Program-made: the position numbers and the translations under genes | Virus record (IMG/VR): IMGVR_UViG_3300023313_000007 | Coordinates: 1-60,791 of that record | DNA: 60,791 bases | Reading direction: 5' to 3' (one strand) | From: a virus | Lineage: Duplodnaviria > Caudoviricetes | Notes under the pieces: model-generated | Told to the model about the DNA's origin: nothing | Databases searched by the model: none | What the model saw: the letters and a program-made list of their open reading frames with translations, nothing else | Shown here: positions 8,530 to 17,052 of the stretch, in pieces | Layout of the letters: every line of letters starts with the position of its first letter | How positions within the stretch are numbered: position 1 is the stretch's first letter

Positions 8530-9108
8530 ATGACTATTAAATGTACTACTATAACTAAGTCTGACCAAGAATTACAGATAGTGTATGGGGAAGTGTACGC
8601 CCCCAATGTCCCCGATTCTGACGGAGATTTTATGGATATTGAAACCATAAGAAAAGCCGCCCATAAATTTATACAAAATAATAATACCCATAACATAGAT
8701 AAACAGCATGAGAATGAACTAACAGGGTCTTATGTAGTTGAATCATTTATTGCCAGAAAGGGAGACCCCGATTTTATAGAGGACGCATGGGTAGTAGGGG
8801 TTCATATCCCAGACCCAACGCTATGGGATGAAATTAAGAAAGGCGAAATTAACGGGTTCTCTATGGAAGCCTCCGTTAGAGGAACTGCCACCACTTTAGA
8901 ACTAGAAATACCAGATGTTATTACAGGCGGAACAACAGAAACTAATGAACATACACACAAGTTCTTCGTCAAATTTGCCGAAGACGGAACATTCCTTGGA
9001 GGGTACACAGATGACCACCAAGGACATACGCATACAATTACTTACGGAACGGAGACAGGTGAATCAGAAGGACATAAGCACTTATTTAGCTTCGTGGAGG
9101 CCATGTGA
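8530..9108 (+). CDS. XkdF-like prohead serine protease with His-rich C-terminus
   Basis: IVYGEVYAP, DSDGD, IRKAAHKF, IDKQH, VVESFIA, IKKGEINGFSMEA; tail HTH/GHTH/GHKH. Confidence 0.8.
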   Translation: MTIKCTTITKSDQELQIVYGEVYAPNVPDSDGDFMDIETIRKAAHKFIQNNNTHNIDKQHENELTGSYVVESFIARKGDPDFIEDAWVVGVHIPDPTLWDEIKKGEINGFSMEASVRGTATTLELEIPDVITGGTTETNEHTHKFFVKFAEDGTFLGGYTDDHQGHTHTITYGTETGESEGHKHLFSFVEAM

Positions 9109-9148
9109 GTAGTTGTATAGTTAATAATGTGGATATACGATTGCCGCA

Positions 9149-10273
9149 ATGAAGATAAAAATGGACGCAAGAAAATTAGAGGATGTGGATGTATCCTTTG
9201 TTTCATTAGTGAAACGGGGAGCTAATCGTATCCCTTTTAGAATCATTAAATCACAGGAGGAAGATATGTCACTAGACTTAGGAAGTCTGTTTAGGGCTAA
9301 AAAGGCAGAGGCACCACAAGTCTTAGCCGTAGTTTTAGACAGTGAATCAATCAATACTGATACTGTAAGAAAATTAGAGGAAAAAGGATATGCTAGGCAA
9401 GAATCTGAAGTAGGTGCTACAAGTGTGGTATTCAAGCAAGAAGATTATGCGTCTGACTCTGCTGTGGTAGATATGGGCGAAGGCTGTGCTGTAGTATTAT
9501 CTACAGTTAAAAAGTCCTTCTATAGCTACCCAGACGGAACTAACTTTGATGACAACTTAGCTAAAGGGTCATTTTTTCCTTCTGTAGACATGGCACAGGA
9601 TATTTTAGAAGAAACCATTGCTAATATTATGTATGACAGCGGTGTTGCAGTCCAAGCAAAAACACAAACTTTAGGGGAGGCGGTAGATTCCTTTAAACAA
9701 TATGTTTTAGCCTTGTCGGAAAAATTACCTGCCTCTGCGTTTGAATTGGCAAGTTACATTCGTATGGAACCAGACTCCCAAGATGCAGTTGAAGTATCTG
9801 TAGAGGCTTCAGTAGAAGTGGCTAAAGACGAAGATGCTGTAACTGATGTTCCTAAGGAGGAAGACATGGTAACTAAGATGGATAAACACCAAGGTACTAT
9901 TGAGGGCTTGGAAGAAGAATCTGAAGCAGAGGTTATTGAGAAATCAGTAGATGCTCCTGTGGAAGACCCTCAAGTACAAAAAGAAGAATCTAGTGAAACT
10001 GCTGTTGATGAAAGCTCTAAGGAGTTGATGTCTACAGTCACTAAGATGGCTGGAATGTTGCAAGACCTACAAGGTAAGATTGATACTCTAACACAGGGTA
10101 ACACTTCTTTAGTAGAACAAGTAGAGAAAGCGGAAGCTACTGCTGCATCTGCATTAGAGGCTGTTCAAGGCTCTGTTATCGCAAGTGTTAAAGGTGTAGA
10201 TGAAAGTGTTGAAATCACTAAATCTGAATCTGTAAGCACTTATGATGGCACAGCTTTAGATGCCCTCGGTTAA
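9149..10273 (+). CDS. Capsid scaffolding protein
   Basis: N-terminal VSFVSLVKRGAN motif, very acidic coiled-coil body, located between protease and major capsid. Confidence 0.65.
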   Translation: MKIKMDARKLEDVDVSFVSLVKRGANRIPFRIIKSQEEDMSLDLGSLFRAKKAEAPQVLAVVLDSESINTDTVRKLEEKGYARQESEVGATSVVFKQEDYASDSAVVDMGEGCAVVLSTVKKSFYSYPDGTNFDDNLAKGSFFPSVDMAQDILEETIANIMYDSGVAVQAKTQTLGEAVDSFKQYVLALSEKLPASAFELASYIRMEPDSQDAVEVSVEASVEVAKDEDAVTDVPKEEDMVTKMDKHQGTIEGLEEESEAEVIEKSVDAPVEDPQVQKEESSETAVDESSKELMSTVTKMAGMLQDLQGKIDTLTQGNTSLVEQVEKAEATAASALEAVQGSVIASVKGVDESVEITKSESVSTYDGTALDALG

Positions 10274-10296
10274 TAAAAAAGGAAAAGGAGACTTTT

Positions 10297-11283
10297 ATGT
10301 CAAATAGTAACTTGATTCAAAAGGCTGACTTAGCGGTAGCTGACCTCGCAACAAATGGTGGTCTGTTAAACCCAGAGCAGTCTAATGCGTTCATTCGCAA
10401 GTTGTTGGTACAGCCAACGCTATTAAATGCTACTCGTACAGTAGTTATGAATAGCCCACAAAAAGAAATCAACAAGATTGGTTTCGGTAAACGCATTTTG
10501 CGTGCAGGTGCTTCTGGTGTCCCATTGGCTAACGCAGCTATTGCTGGTGCTTTTGATGGCGTAGCTGAAGCTGCTGCTAGAGCAAAACCAACTACTGAGA
10601 AAGTAACGCTTAATACTAAAGAAGTATTGGCTGAAATTCACTTACCTTATGATGTTATCGAGGATAATATTTCTCGTGGTGTTGTAGGTGTTCAAGGCGA
10701 CTCTGGTGCTACAGGTACTCAAGGTGGCATGAAAGACGCTATCATGGAAATGATTGCTGAACGCGCTGCTTTGGATTTGGAAGAACTAGCTATCCTAGGT
10801 GATGCTACTTCTCTTGACCCATTCTTGGCTCTTAGTGATGGTTATCTTGTTAAAGCTGTTTCTAATGTGGTTGATGCTGGTGCTGCAACAATGAACAAAG
10901 GTATCTTTAAAGCTGGTGTAAAAACTATGCCAGACCAATACCTTCGTAACCGCTCAGCATTGCGTAACTATATCTCTATTGATAATGAAACAGAATATCG
11001 TGACACTCTTGCTATGCGTGAGACAGCATTAGGTGATGCTAACTTGCAAGGCAATAACCGCTTGTACGCTTTCGGTACTGGTATTGAGCCAGTAGCTCTT
11101 ATGCCTGCTAACAGTGGTTTGTTGTGTGACCCACAAAACTTAATCTTTGGTATTCAACGCGATATTTCTATCGAAGTTGAGAAGGATATTAGGTCACGGT
11201 CATATATTATTGTTCTTACCGCTCGTGTAGACTTCGCTATTGAAGAACCTACTGCTGTAGTTAAGTACACTAATATTGCTTAA
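10297..11283 (+). CDS. Major capsid protein (HK97 fold)
   Basis: GGLLNPEQSNAFI, DLEELAILGD, C-terminal ARVDFAIEEPTAVV; strong SD AAGGAG; codon bias of a highly expressed gene; followed by terminator. Confidence 0.9.
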   Translation: MSNSNLIQKADLAVADLATNGGLLNPEQSNAFIRKLLVQPTLLNATRTVVMNSPQKEINKIGFGKRILRAGASGVPLANAAIAGAFDGVAEAAARAKPTTEKVTLNTKEVLAEIHLPYDVIEDNISRGVVGVQGDSGATGTQGGMKDAIMEMIAERAALDLEELAILGDATSLDPFLALSDGYLVKAVSNVVDAGAATMNKGIFKAGVKTMPDQYLRNRSALRNYISIDNETEYRDTLAMRETALGDANLQGNNRLYAFGTGIEPVALMPANSGLLCDPQNLIFGIQRDISIEVEKDIRSRSYIIVLTARVDFAIEEPTAVVKYTNIA

Positions 11284-11314
11284 TAGCTAACCCCTTAGTT
11301 TCTAAGGACTTATA

Positions 11315-11347
11315 GCCCTCTACACCTAACGGTGTGGGGGGTTTTTT
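11315..11347 (+). terminator. Rho-independent terminator after capsid gene
   Basis: Hairpin CCCTCTACACC-TAAC-GGTGTGGGGG followed by a T run. Confidence 0.75.
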
Positions 11348-11413
11348 GTTGATACCTAGTAGGGCAATAAACTAAAAGTTTGACCTACTTGCTGTAATCA
11401 CTATGGTGTACGA

Positions 11414-13054
11414 ATGAAAATGACCAAAAGCACCTACCTCCAATGTTTCCATCTAGTACATGGTGACACTTATGATTATTCCCCCACTAAATACTCTAGG
11501 GCGCATGACTATATCCTTATAAGGTGTAAAACTCACGGTTACTTCTCCCAAAAAGCCTATGCTCACAATCAAGGGCAGGGATGTCCTAAGTGTAAAGGGG
11601 CTAAGATACAAAAGGCTCAAAGGCAATCCTCCGTGGCCGCTGTAAAGGTCTTAGAGGAGGTACACAAAGGAAAATACGATTATAGTAATGTGGAGTACAT
11701 TAACTCCAGCTCTAAGATAGTAATACGATGCCCCCTACATGGAGAATTTACACAGACTTATGCCTCCCACCAACAAGGTAGGGGTTGCCCCCAATGTGGC
11801 AGGGATAAGACTGCTACTAAAGGAACAGTCAATCAAAAAGTCATACTGGATAGGTTTAAGGGTAGGCATGGAGATGTATATGACTATTCGTCTATGGTGT
11901 ACACCTCTGGAAGGACTCCTGTAAAGATACAATGCAGAGAGCATGGAGACTTTTTACAAACCCCTAACGACCATAGCCGAGGGGCAGGATGCCCTCTATG
12001 CAAGGCCAGTAAGCTTAGTAAGTCTCAGCTATTCACCCATGCAGACTGCCTAGCTAAATTCATGGCAGCGCATAATGGCAGGTATAATTATTCTAAGGTG
12101 AAGTATAAAAGGAGTACTGATAAGGTAACTATAATTTGCTCTAAGCATGGAGAGTTTAAGCAAACCCCTGTATCTCATTGGTCTGGCAGAGGGTGCGCGT
12201 CCTGCTCCCACTCTGGAGCTTCTGAGTCTGAACTTAGGTTTAGAGCCGCAGTGCAGTCGGTATATAAAGGCACTATACACTGTGGGGATAAAACCCTCCT
12301 AGATAAAAAGGAATTAGACTTATATCTACCAGAGGTACAATTAGGTATTGAATTTGACGGCACATACTGGCACTCGGGCGATAGGGTTAAATCCAGAAGA
12401 CAACATTTAGATAAATTTAACGAGGCTAGAAGTAAGGGGGTTAGAGTTTTGTTTATTAGGGAGGATGAATGGGATAATAAACCCGAGATAGTCCTCAGTA
12501 TTATCCGTAATGCTACAGGAGGTAATAGTACTAAGATATACGCTCGTAAATGTGAAATTATGGAGTTGGGTACTAAGGATTACCTAGCCTTTTGTAATGA
12601 AAACCATTTACAAGGAGCGGTGGGAGCCTCTAAGAAACTAGGACTATATTACGAAGGTAATCTTGTAGCTTTAGCAGGGTTTTCCAAGAGTTCTAAATAT
12701 GGATATATGCTAGCTAGGTTTTCCGTGAAACTAAATACCTCTGTAGTTGGTGGGCTGAGCAAACTTATGACAGCCTTCGGGGAGCCTGTATATACCTACT
12801 GTGATAAAAGAATGTTCGGAGGGTTAGGATATTTGTCCGCAGGGTTTGAAGTAGTAGAATTTGGTGATACCCCAGATTTATGGTTTACCAAACAGGGCAA
12901 GGTACTTAGTAGGGCTGCTATGACCAAGCCTGCCATGCAAAAAAGATGGGGTATCTTGGAGGAAGGTACGCAAGAATCTATTGCTGCCTCTCATGGGTGG
13001 GACGCTATAAGGTACTGTGGAAATATGCTATTAAAGTGGTATAGACCTAAATAA
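11414..13054 (+). CDS. Free-standing Hef-like homing endonuclease (4 Zn-finger repeats plus Vsr/PD-(D/E)XK-like nuclease)
   Basis: Four repeats Y(D/N)YSxxxY...CxxHGxFxQ...H..GxGCxxC; nuclease motif ELDLYLPEVQLGIEFDGTYWHS; C-terminal ENHLQG...RFSVK...GGLSKL domain. Confidence 0.8.
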   Translation: MKMTKSTYLQCFHLVHGDTYDYSPTKYSRAHDYILIRCKTHGYFSQKAYAHNQGQGCPKCKGAKIQKAQRQSSVAAVKVLEEVHKGKYDYSNVEYINSSSKIVIRCPLHGEFTQTYASHQQGRGCPQCGRDKTATKGTVNQKVILDRFKGRHGDVYDYSSMVYTSGRTPVKIQCREHGDFLQTPNDHSRGAGCPLCKASKLSKSQLFTHADCLAKFMAAHNGRYNYSKVKYKRSTDKVTIICSKHGEFKQTPVSHWSGRGCASCSHSGASESELRFRAAVQSVYKGTIHCGDKTLLDKKELDLYLPEVQLGIEFDGTYWHSGDRVKSRRQHLDKFNEARSKGVRVLFIREDEWDNKPEIVLSIIRNATGGNSTKIYARKCEIMELGTKDYLAFCNENHLQGAVGASKKLGLYYEGNLVALAGFSKSSKYGYMLARFSVKLNTSVVGGLSKLMTAFGEPVYTYCDKRMFGGLGYLSAGFEVVEFGDTPDLWFTKQGKVLSRAAMTKPAMQKRWGILEEGTQESIAASHGWDAIRYCGNMLLKWYRPK

Positions 13055-13070
13055 GCCTTGAAAAGTAAGG

Positions 13071-13099
13071 TTGCCTAGAGTTGTAGGTGGTCTTACTAT
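13071..13099 (+). promoter_or_regulatory. Putative sigma70-type promoter
   Basis: TTGCCT-17 nt-TACTAT upstream of the 13142 gene. Confidence 0.45.
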
Positions 13100-13141
13100 A
13101 CCGCACACATATATGGAATAACTTATATAAGGAGATATATC

Positions 13142-13420
13142 ATGGTAATGAAATCTGTAACTCCCGATACTAATCGGGGAGAAGCTATCAGTGAACTACA
13201 AGGTCTAACAACTATCGTAGTTGCAGGTGCCGCAGCACTAACTAACATTGCAGTAGCTGGGTTGGGTATTAAAGACACTCTACAATCTGTGGTTCAATAT
13301 ACAGGCGGTGTGCCCTCTGTAGTTTTGGACGCAAGTATTACCGCCGCAGGTGTTATCCAAACTGCTGTTACAATTACTACAGGTAACACTTTGGTAGTAC
13401 AGTTTTACAAGAAGCCTTAA
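13142..13420 (+). CDS. Small virion protein, possibly head decoration
   Basis: Ala/Thr/Val/Gly-rich, strong SD TAAGGAG, in the head module and followed by a terminator. Confidence 0.5.
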   Translation: MVMKSVTPDTNRGEAISELQGLTTIVVAGAAALTNIAVAGLGIKDTLQSVVQYTGGVPSVVLDASITAAGVIQTAVTITTGNTLVVQFYKKP

Positions 13421-13436
13421 ATCAATATGAGGTATT

Positions 13437-13465
13437 ATAGGGCTGTGTAGTGCAGCCCTATTTTT
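13437..13465 (+). terminator. Rho-independent terminator
   Basis: ATAGGGCTGT-GTAGT-GCAGCCCTAT followed by TTTT. Confidence 0.65.
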
Positions 13466-13481
13466 ATAATAGGAGAGGACT

Positions 13482-13748
13482 ATGAAATCACTAAAATTAG
13501 TAAATGTAGACAGACTACACATCGAGGATGCGATGTATATTGCAGGCAAAACTTATACAGTATCCCCTGCGGTAGCTGAGATATTGGAAGCCGCTAAATC
13601 TGAAGAAGGTAACGCCTACTTCGCCCCTTCAGAAGATGAGGCTAAACCCTCTAAATCTGTAGAGGCTAAAGCTGAGAAGAAAGAAGAAAAGAAAGAAGAT
13701 AAAGTCAGCAAAGAGTCTAAAGGTTCATCTAAAACTGCAAAAGTATGA
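13482..13748 (+). CDS. Hypothetical protein with Lys/Glu-rich tail
   Basis: SD AGGAGAGG; typical small gene upstream of the head-tail connector. Confidence 0.6.
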   Translation: MKSLKLVNVDRLHIEDAMYIAGKTYTVSPAVAEILEAAKSEEGNAYFAPSEDEAKPSKSVEAKAEKKEEKKEDKVSKESKGSSKTAKV

Positions 13749-13760
13749 TAGGAGGGTGGT

Positions 13761-14366
13761 ATGCCCAGTAGACTTATAAGCACCGACCAATTAGTTATTA
13801 GAACTGGTCAAAGAGATGTTGGAGAAATTACTGATGTCTTGGAAGTAATGTCCTTGGCTGCCACCCTATACCTAGAGGGCGAGCTATTAACTGCGTTTGA
13901 CGCAAATACCGCCACAGATAAATTTTATTCCCAGTACCCCCTAAACCAAGACCATTTAACCCTATCCCTAAACAATGGGTTTATTGATACTGCCTCAGTG
14001 GTGGTTAGCTATGCTGCATCTATGAGAGAGCTAAATACTAATGCTATTGTAGTAGACCCTGCATTATATGATGTAAGCAATGACGGGTTAATCATCCTAT
14101 ATTCTGGTTTAACCTATCCTATGTATTATAAGGTTTCCTATGCCTATGGGTTTACTACCCAAGCAGGGGGACTATATACAGTAACAGAGGTTCCAGAATG
14201 GCTTAAAGAATTAGCCACCCAGTATGTAATATATCGAGTTAATACAATGTCCCCTTTTAGAAAAGTACAAAAAAGCGAGGTTAAATCTGGTGAGCCTGTA
14301 CTATTGCGGTCAATGCTAGAAGCTCATGCGAGAGTGTATCCTCATGCTATTAAACCTATCCTATGA
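13761..14366 (+). CDS. Head-tail connector/adaptor protein
   Basis: VSYAYGF...VPEWLKELA motif; position. Confidence 0.65.
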   Translation: MPSRLISTDQLVIRTGQRDVGEITDVLEVMSLAATLYLEGELLTAFDANTATDKFYSQYPLNQDHLTLSLNNGFIDTASVVVSYAASMRELNTNAIVVDPALYDVSNDGLIILYSGLTYPMYYKVSYAYGFTTQAGGLYTVTEVPEWLKELATQYVIYRVNTMSPFRKVQKSEVKSGEPVLLRSMLEAHARVYPHAIKPIL

Positions 14367-14821
14367 CAGGGAAAACCCTTAATACTGCGAATATTAGAGA
14401 AGCATTATTACGCACAGCCAAGTATGCTAAGAGTTTAGAAGATGTGTCTGACCTTGTACAAGAAGTGGGGAAAATGCAGTTAGAATTTGTTAGGGGAAGG
14501 TTTTTAGAGCAGATAGATTCCAATAATAAACCTTGGGAAGAAAGTGCGGCCTCTAAAAAGCGTAGAAAAAGGGGCGGAAAGCCCTCAACATTATTTGATT
14601 CTGGCAGTCTATTTAGAAGCATCTATGTTAGAACATCTAAGAATCAAGTAACTATAACCAGTAACTCCCCTTATGCTATGCTTCATCATCATGGGGGTAA
14701 GGTTAGATTAGGGAATAAAACCGTAACCTTGCCCGCAAGACCCTTCCTAAATGTAGGGGCGGGAGATAGTAGACTTATAACAAATTTCCTGCGGAAGACT
14801 TTAAGAGAGAGGATTAAATAA
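14363..14821 (+). CDS. Virion morphogenesis protein (Mu gpG / P2 S-like neck protein)
   Basis: LFDSGSLFRSI, YAMLHHHGG, LPARPFL motifs. Confidence 0.85.
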   Translation: MTGKTLNTANIREALLRTAKYAKSLEDVSDLVQEVGKMQLEFVRGRFLEQIDSNNKPWEESAASKKRRKRGGKPSTLFDSGSLFRSIYVRTSKNQVTITSNSPYAMLHHHGGKVRLGNKTVTLPARPFLNVGAGDSRLITNFLRKTLRERIK

Positions 14822-15267
14822 TGGCTGGCGTTAATATCGTATCCCAAGTGGTGCAATCCACTTTAGCAACCCTAAAAACTGTAACATCAGTTAATCCAGA
14901 TGCCTTGTTTTATGTTTATACTGACCAAGACTTTCTAAATAATACTGACCATTACACTTACCCCATAGTAGGGGTGTGGTACGAGGGTATGGCCTCTAAC
15001 CCTAGCTCTAAAGGGGGTAATGGTCTCGCGGCTACTATGAATATAAGCATCTATGTCCTTGGTGCTCCAACCACTTTTTCTAAAACCCTAGAGGATAAGC
15101 ATGATATTACCTTAGTCTTAGATGAAATTAGGACGGCATTTCGCAATACTAGAGCCCCTACTGGACACTTTTGGGAATTTGTGTCTGAAGCCCCTTACCC
15201 TTATGATGAGGACAACAACTTTGTCTATATTCAAAGATGGAGAACTAATGCTATTCTCACAAGTTAG
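14821..15267 (+). CDS. Tail terminator/completion protein (putative)
   Basis: Size and position between neck and tail tube genes; YPIVGVWYEG. Confidence 0.55.
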   Translation: MAGVNIVSQVVQSTLATLKTVTSVNPDALFYVYTDQDFLNNTDHYTYPIVGVWYEGMASNPSSKGGNGLAATMNISIYVLGAPTTFSKTLEDKHDITLVLDEIRTAFRNTRAPTGHFWEFVSEAPYPYDEDNNFVYIQRWRTNAILTS

Positions 15268-15308
15268 TAGGCTAGCTATATCAAAAAGGTGGAGGTAATG
15301 TTGCGACT

Positions 15309-15494
15309 ATGAAAGTTAAACTTATCAAAGAAATAGAGTTTAAGGGTGTTTTATGCCCTATAAACTCCGTAGTAGAGATGAGGGATTCTTCCGCAGAAGT
15401 CCTTATCGCTAATGGTTCTGCTGTAGAAGACATTTCAGCAAAACAAAGCTCTTATAAGGGCAAACATACTAAGAATAATGGAAATAGGAGATAA
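15309..15494 (+). CDS. Small hypothetical protein
   Basis: MKVKLIK...AEVLIANGSA, typical of small genes before tail tube genes; GGAGG upstream. Confidence 0.55.
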   Translation: MKVKLIKEIEFKGVLCPINSVVEMRDSSAEVLIANGSAVEDISAKQSSYKGKHTKNNGNRR

Positions 15495-15496
15495 TC

Positions 15497-16270
15497 ATGC
15501 CTGCAACTAATGGTGTAGTATCAAATTATTACTCGGGGCAAGGCGTAGTTCTGATGGCAAGCAGAGATGCCGCTGGAAACCCTACTGGGTTTACTAATAT
15601 CGGTAACTGTTCTGCTTTATCAGTAGCTATTGCTACTACTGTGGTAGAGCATAAAGAAGCTTCTTCTGGTGCTAGAGGTATTGATTTACGCCTCACAACT
15701 GAAGTAAAGGCATCTGTGAATGTTACAATGGAGAGCTTTAATACTGCCAACTTAGCGTTAGGTCTATACGGCACAGAAACAGCTCAAGCTGGCGCATCTG
15801 TAGTGGCTGAAATCGTCACAGCACCTGCATCCGTATTAACTAACCAAACAGTTGCTTTGGCACATATTGGTGTTAGTGCAGTGGTTGTTAATGGCCCCGC
15901 AGGTACTCCTACTTATGTATTAGGAACAGACTACACTATTAACCCAGAAGTAGGTTCTTTGAATATCTTAGCTACAGGTGCTATCACCGCAGGCGAGTTA
16001 TTGGAAGTTGATTATACCTATGCTGCTTATGACCAAGTAGATGCCTTGACCACTGCACAACCAGAGAGATGGTTGCGTTTTGAAGGCTTGAATACTGCTG
16101 ATGGTAATCGTGCTGTTACCGTTGATGTATTCAAATTTACTGCTGACCCTCTACAAGAGTTAGCTCTTATTGGTGATGCCGTAGGACAGATTCAATTAGC
16201 AGGTGGCGCACTTGCAGATAATACTAAAATCACTGGTTCTAAGTATTTCCGCCAACGCGCTTTGGTATAA
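15497..16270 (+). CDS. Major tail tube protein
   Basis: YYSGQG, IGNCSAL, LRFEGLNTADG motifs; upstream of chaperone and tape measure; no sheath gene seen. Confidence 0.85.
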   Translation: MPATNGVVSNYYSGQGVVLMASRDAAGNPTGFTNIGNCSALSVAIATTVVEHKEASSGARGIDLRLTTEVKASVNVTMESFNTANLALGLYGTETAQAGASVVAEIVTAPASVLTNQTVALAHIGVSAVVVNGPAGTPTYVLGTDYTINPEVGSLNILATGAITAGELLEVDYTYAAYDQVDALTTAQPERWLRFEGLNTADGNRAVTVDVFKFTADPLQELALIGDAVGQIQLAGGALADNTKITGSKYFRQRALV

Positions 16271-16273
16271 TAC

Positions 16274-16302
16274 TTGAAATAGTATTTACTAGGTTATACA
16301 AT
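16274..16302 (+). promoter_or_regulatory. Putative sigma70-type promoter
   Basis: TTGAAA-17 nt-TACAAT. Confidence 0.4.
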
Positions 16303-16305
16303 TTT

Positions 16306-16333
16306 GGGGTTGTCTTCGGGCAGCCCCTTTTTT
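16306..16333 (+). terminator. Rho-independent terminator with cUUCGg loop
   Basis: GGGGTTGTC-TTCG-GGCAGCCCC-TTTTTT. Confidence 0.85.
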
Positions 16334-16376
16334 GTGGGCATGAGTAAAGTACTAAGTAATAATAGATTTGTAATTT

Positions 16377-16395
16377 CTTGCACTTCGAGTGCAAG
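16377..16395. repeat. Dispersed palindrome CTTGCACT-TCG-AGTGCAAG, copy 2
   Basis: Intergenic, upstream of the tail assembly chaperone. Confidence 0.85.
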
Positions 16396-16414
16396 GATTT
16401 AATGGGAGAGGTGT

Positions 16415-16852
16415 ATGGCTTTAGCCGATTTAGTTCAAAAATCAGAGGTTATTAAAGTTGGTGATGCGGGGGAATTTACAGTACATCCCCTAACTGTAGA
16501 AGGACTGGCTGTATTACTAGCCAATCATAGAGAGCAGATAGAATCACTATTCTCTGGCACTGCTGATGTATCTACCCTCATATCTGAAGCCCCAGAATTT
16601 GTGAGCTCTGTTATCGCTATTTCTTCTAGGGAAGAAGGAGATGCCATTTATGATGTGGCTAAGTCCTTGCCTGTCTGTACCCAAGTAATTGCATTAAATG
16701 CTATCTGGGGGCTCACTGTATATGACCCAAAAGAATTCATGGCAGTAGTCCAGCACCTATTGTCATTGATGGGAGTGGAGCAGGAAGAAAACAGCTCGCC
16801 AAACCTCAAGATAACGGAAAAACCAACGGCTACGACTGGAAGCAACAGCTAG
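16415..16852 (+). CDS. Tail assembly chaperone (gpG-like)
   Basis: Lies between tail tube and tape measure; overlapping open -1 frame. Confidence 0.75.
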   Translation: MALADLVQKSEVIKVGDAGEFTVHPLTVEGLAVLLANHREQIESLFSGTADVSTLISEAPEFVSSVIAISSREEGDAIYDVAKSLPVCTQVIALNAIWGLTVYDPKEFMAVVQHLLSLMGVEQEENSSPNLKITEKPTATTGSNS

Positions 16853-17052
16853 TAGAAAATATATCTGAACTTATATCTTGTGGACACTCCAAATCGGAGG
16901 TGATGCAATACACCCTATCTGAAGTAGAAGTGTTTTGTGCTACCGTAAGGGCTAGAAAGGATAGAGAAGGTGTACAAGCTATGCTTTTTCACAGACTAGC
17001 AGCCCACGGCGAGAAAGAAGATATAGATAAGGTTATAAAGGGGTTGCCGTAA
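16726..17052 (+). CDS. gpT-like -1 frame extension of the tail chaperone (programmed frameshift product; not in ORF track)
   Basis: -1 frame open 16726-17052, encoding ...YDWKQQLVENISELISCGHSKSEVMQYTLSEVEVF...GLP*; its stop overlaps the TMP ATG; candidate slippery sites CCCAAAA (16726) and GGAAAAA (16816). Confidence 0.7.
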   Translation, partial: PKRIHGSSPAPIVIDGSGAGRKQLAKPQDNGKTNGYDWKQQLVENISELISCGHSKSEVMQYTLSEVEVFCATVRARKDREGVQAMLFHRLAAHGEKEDIDKVIKGLP

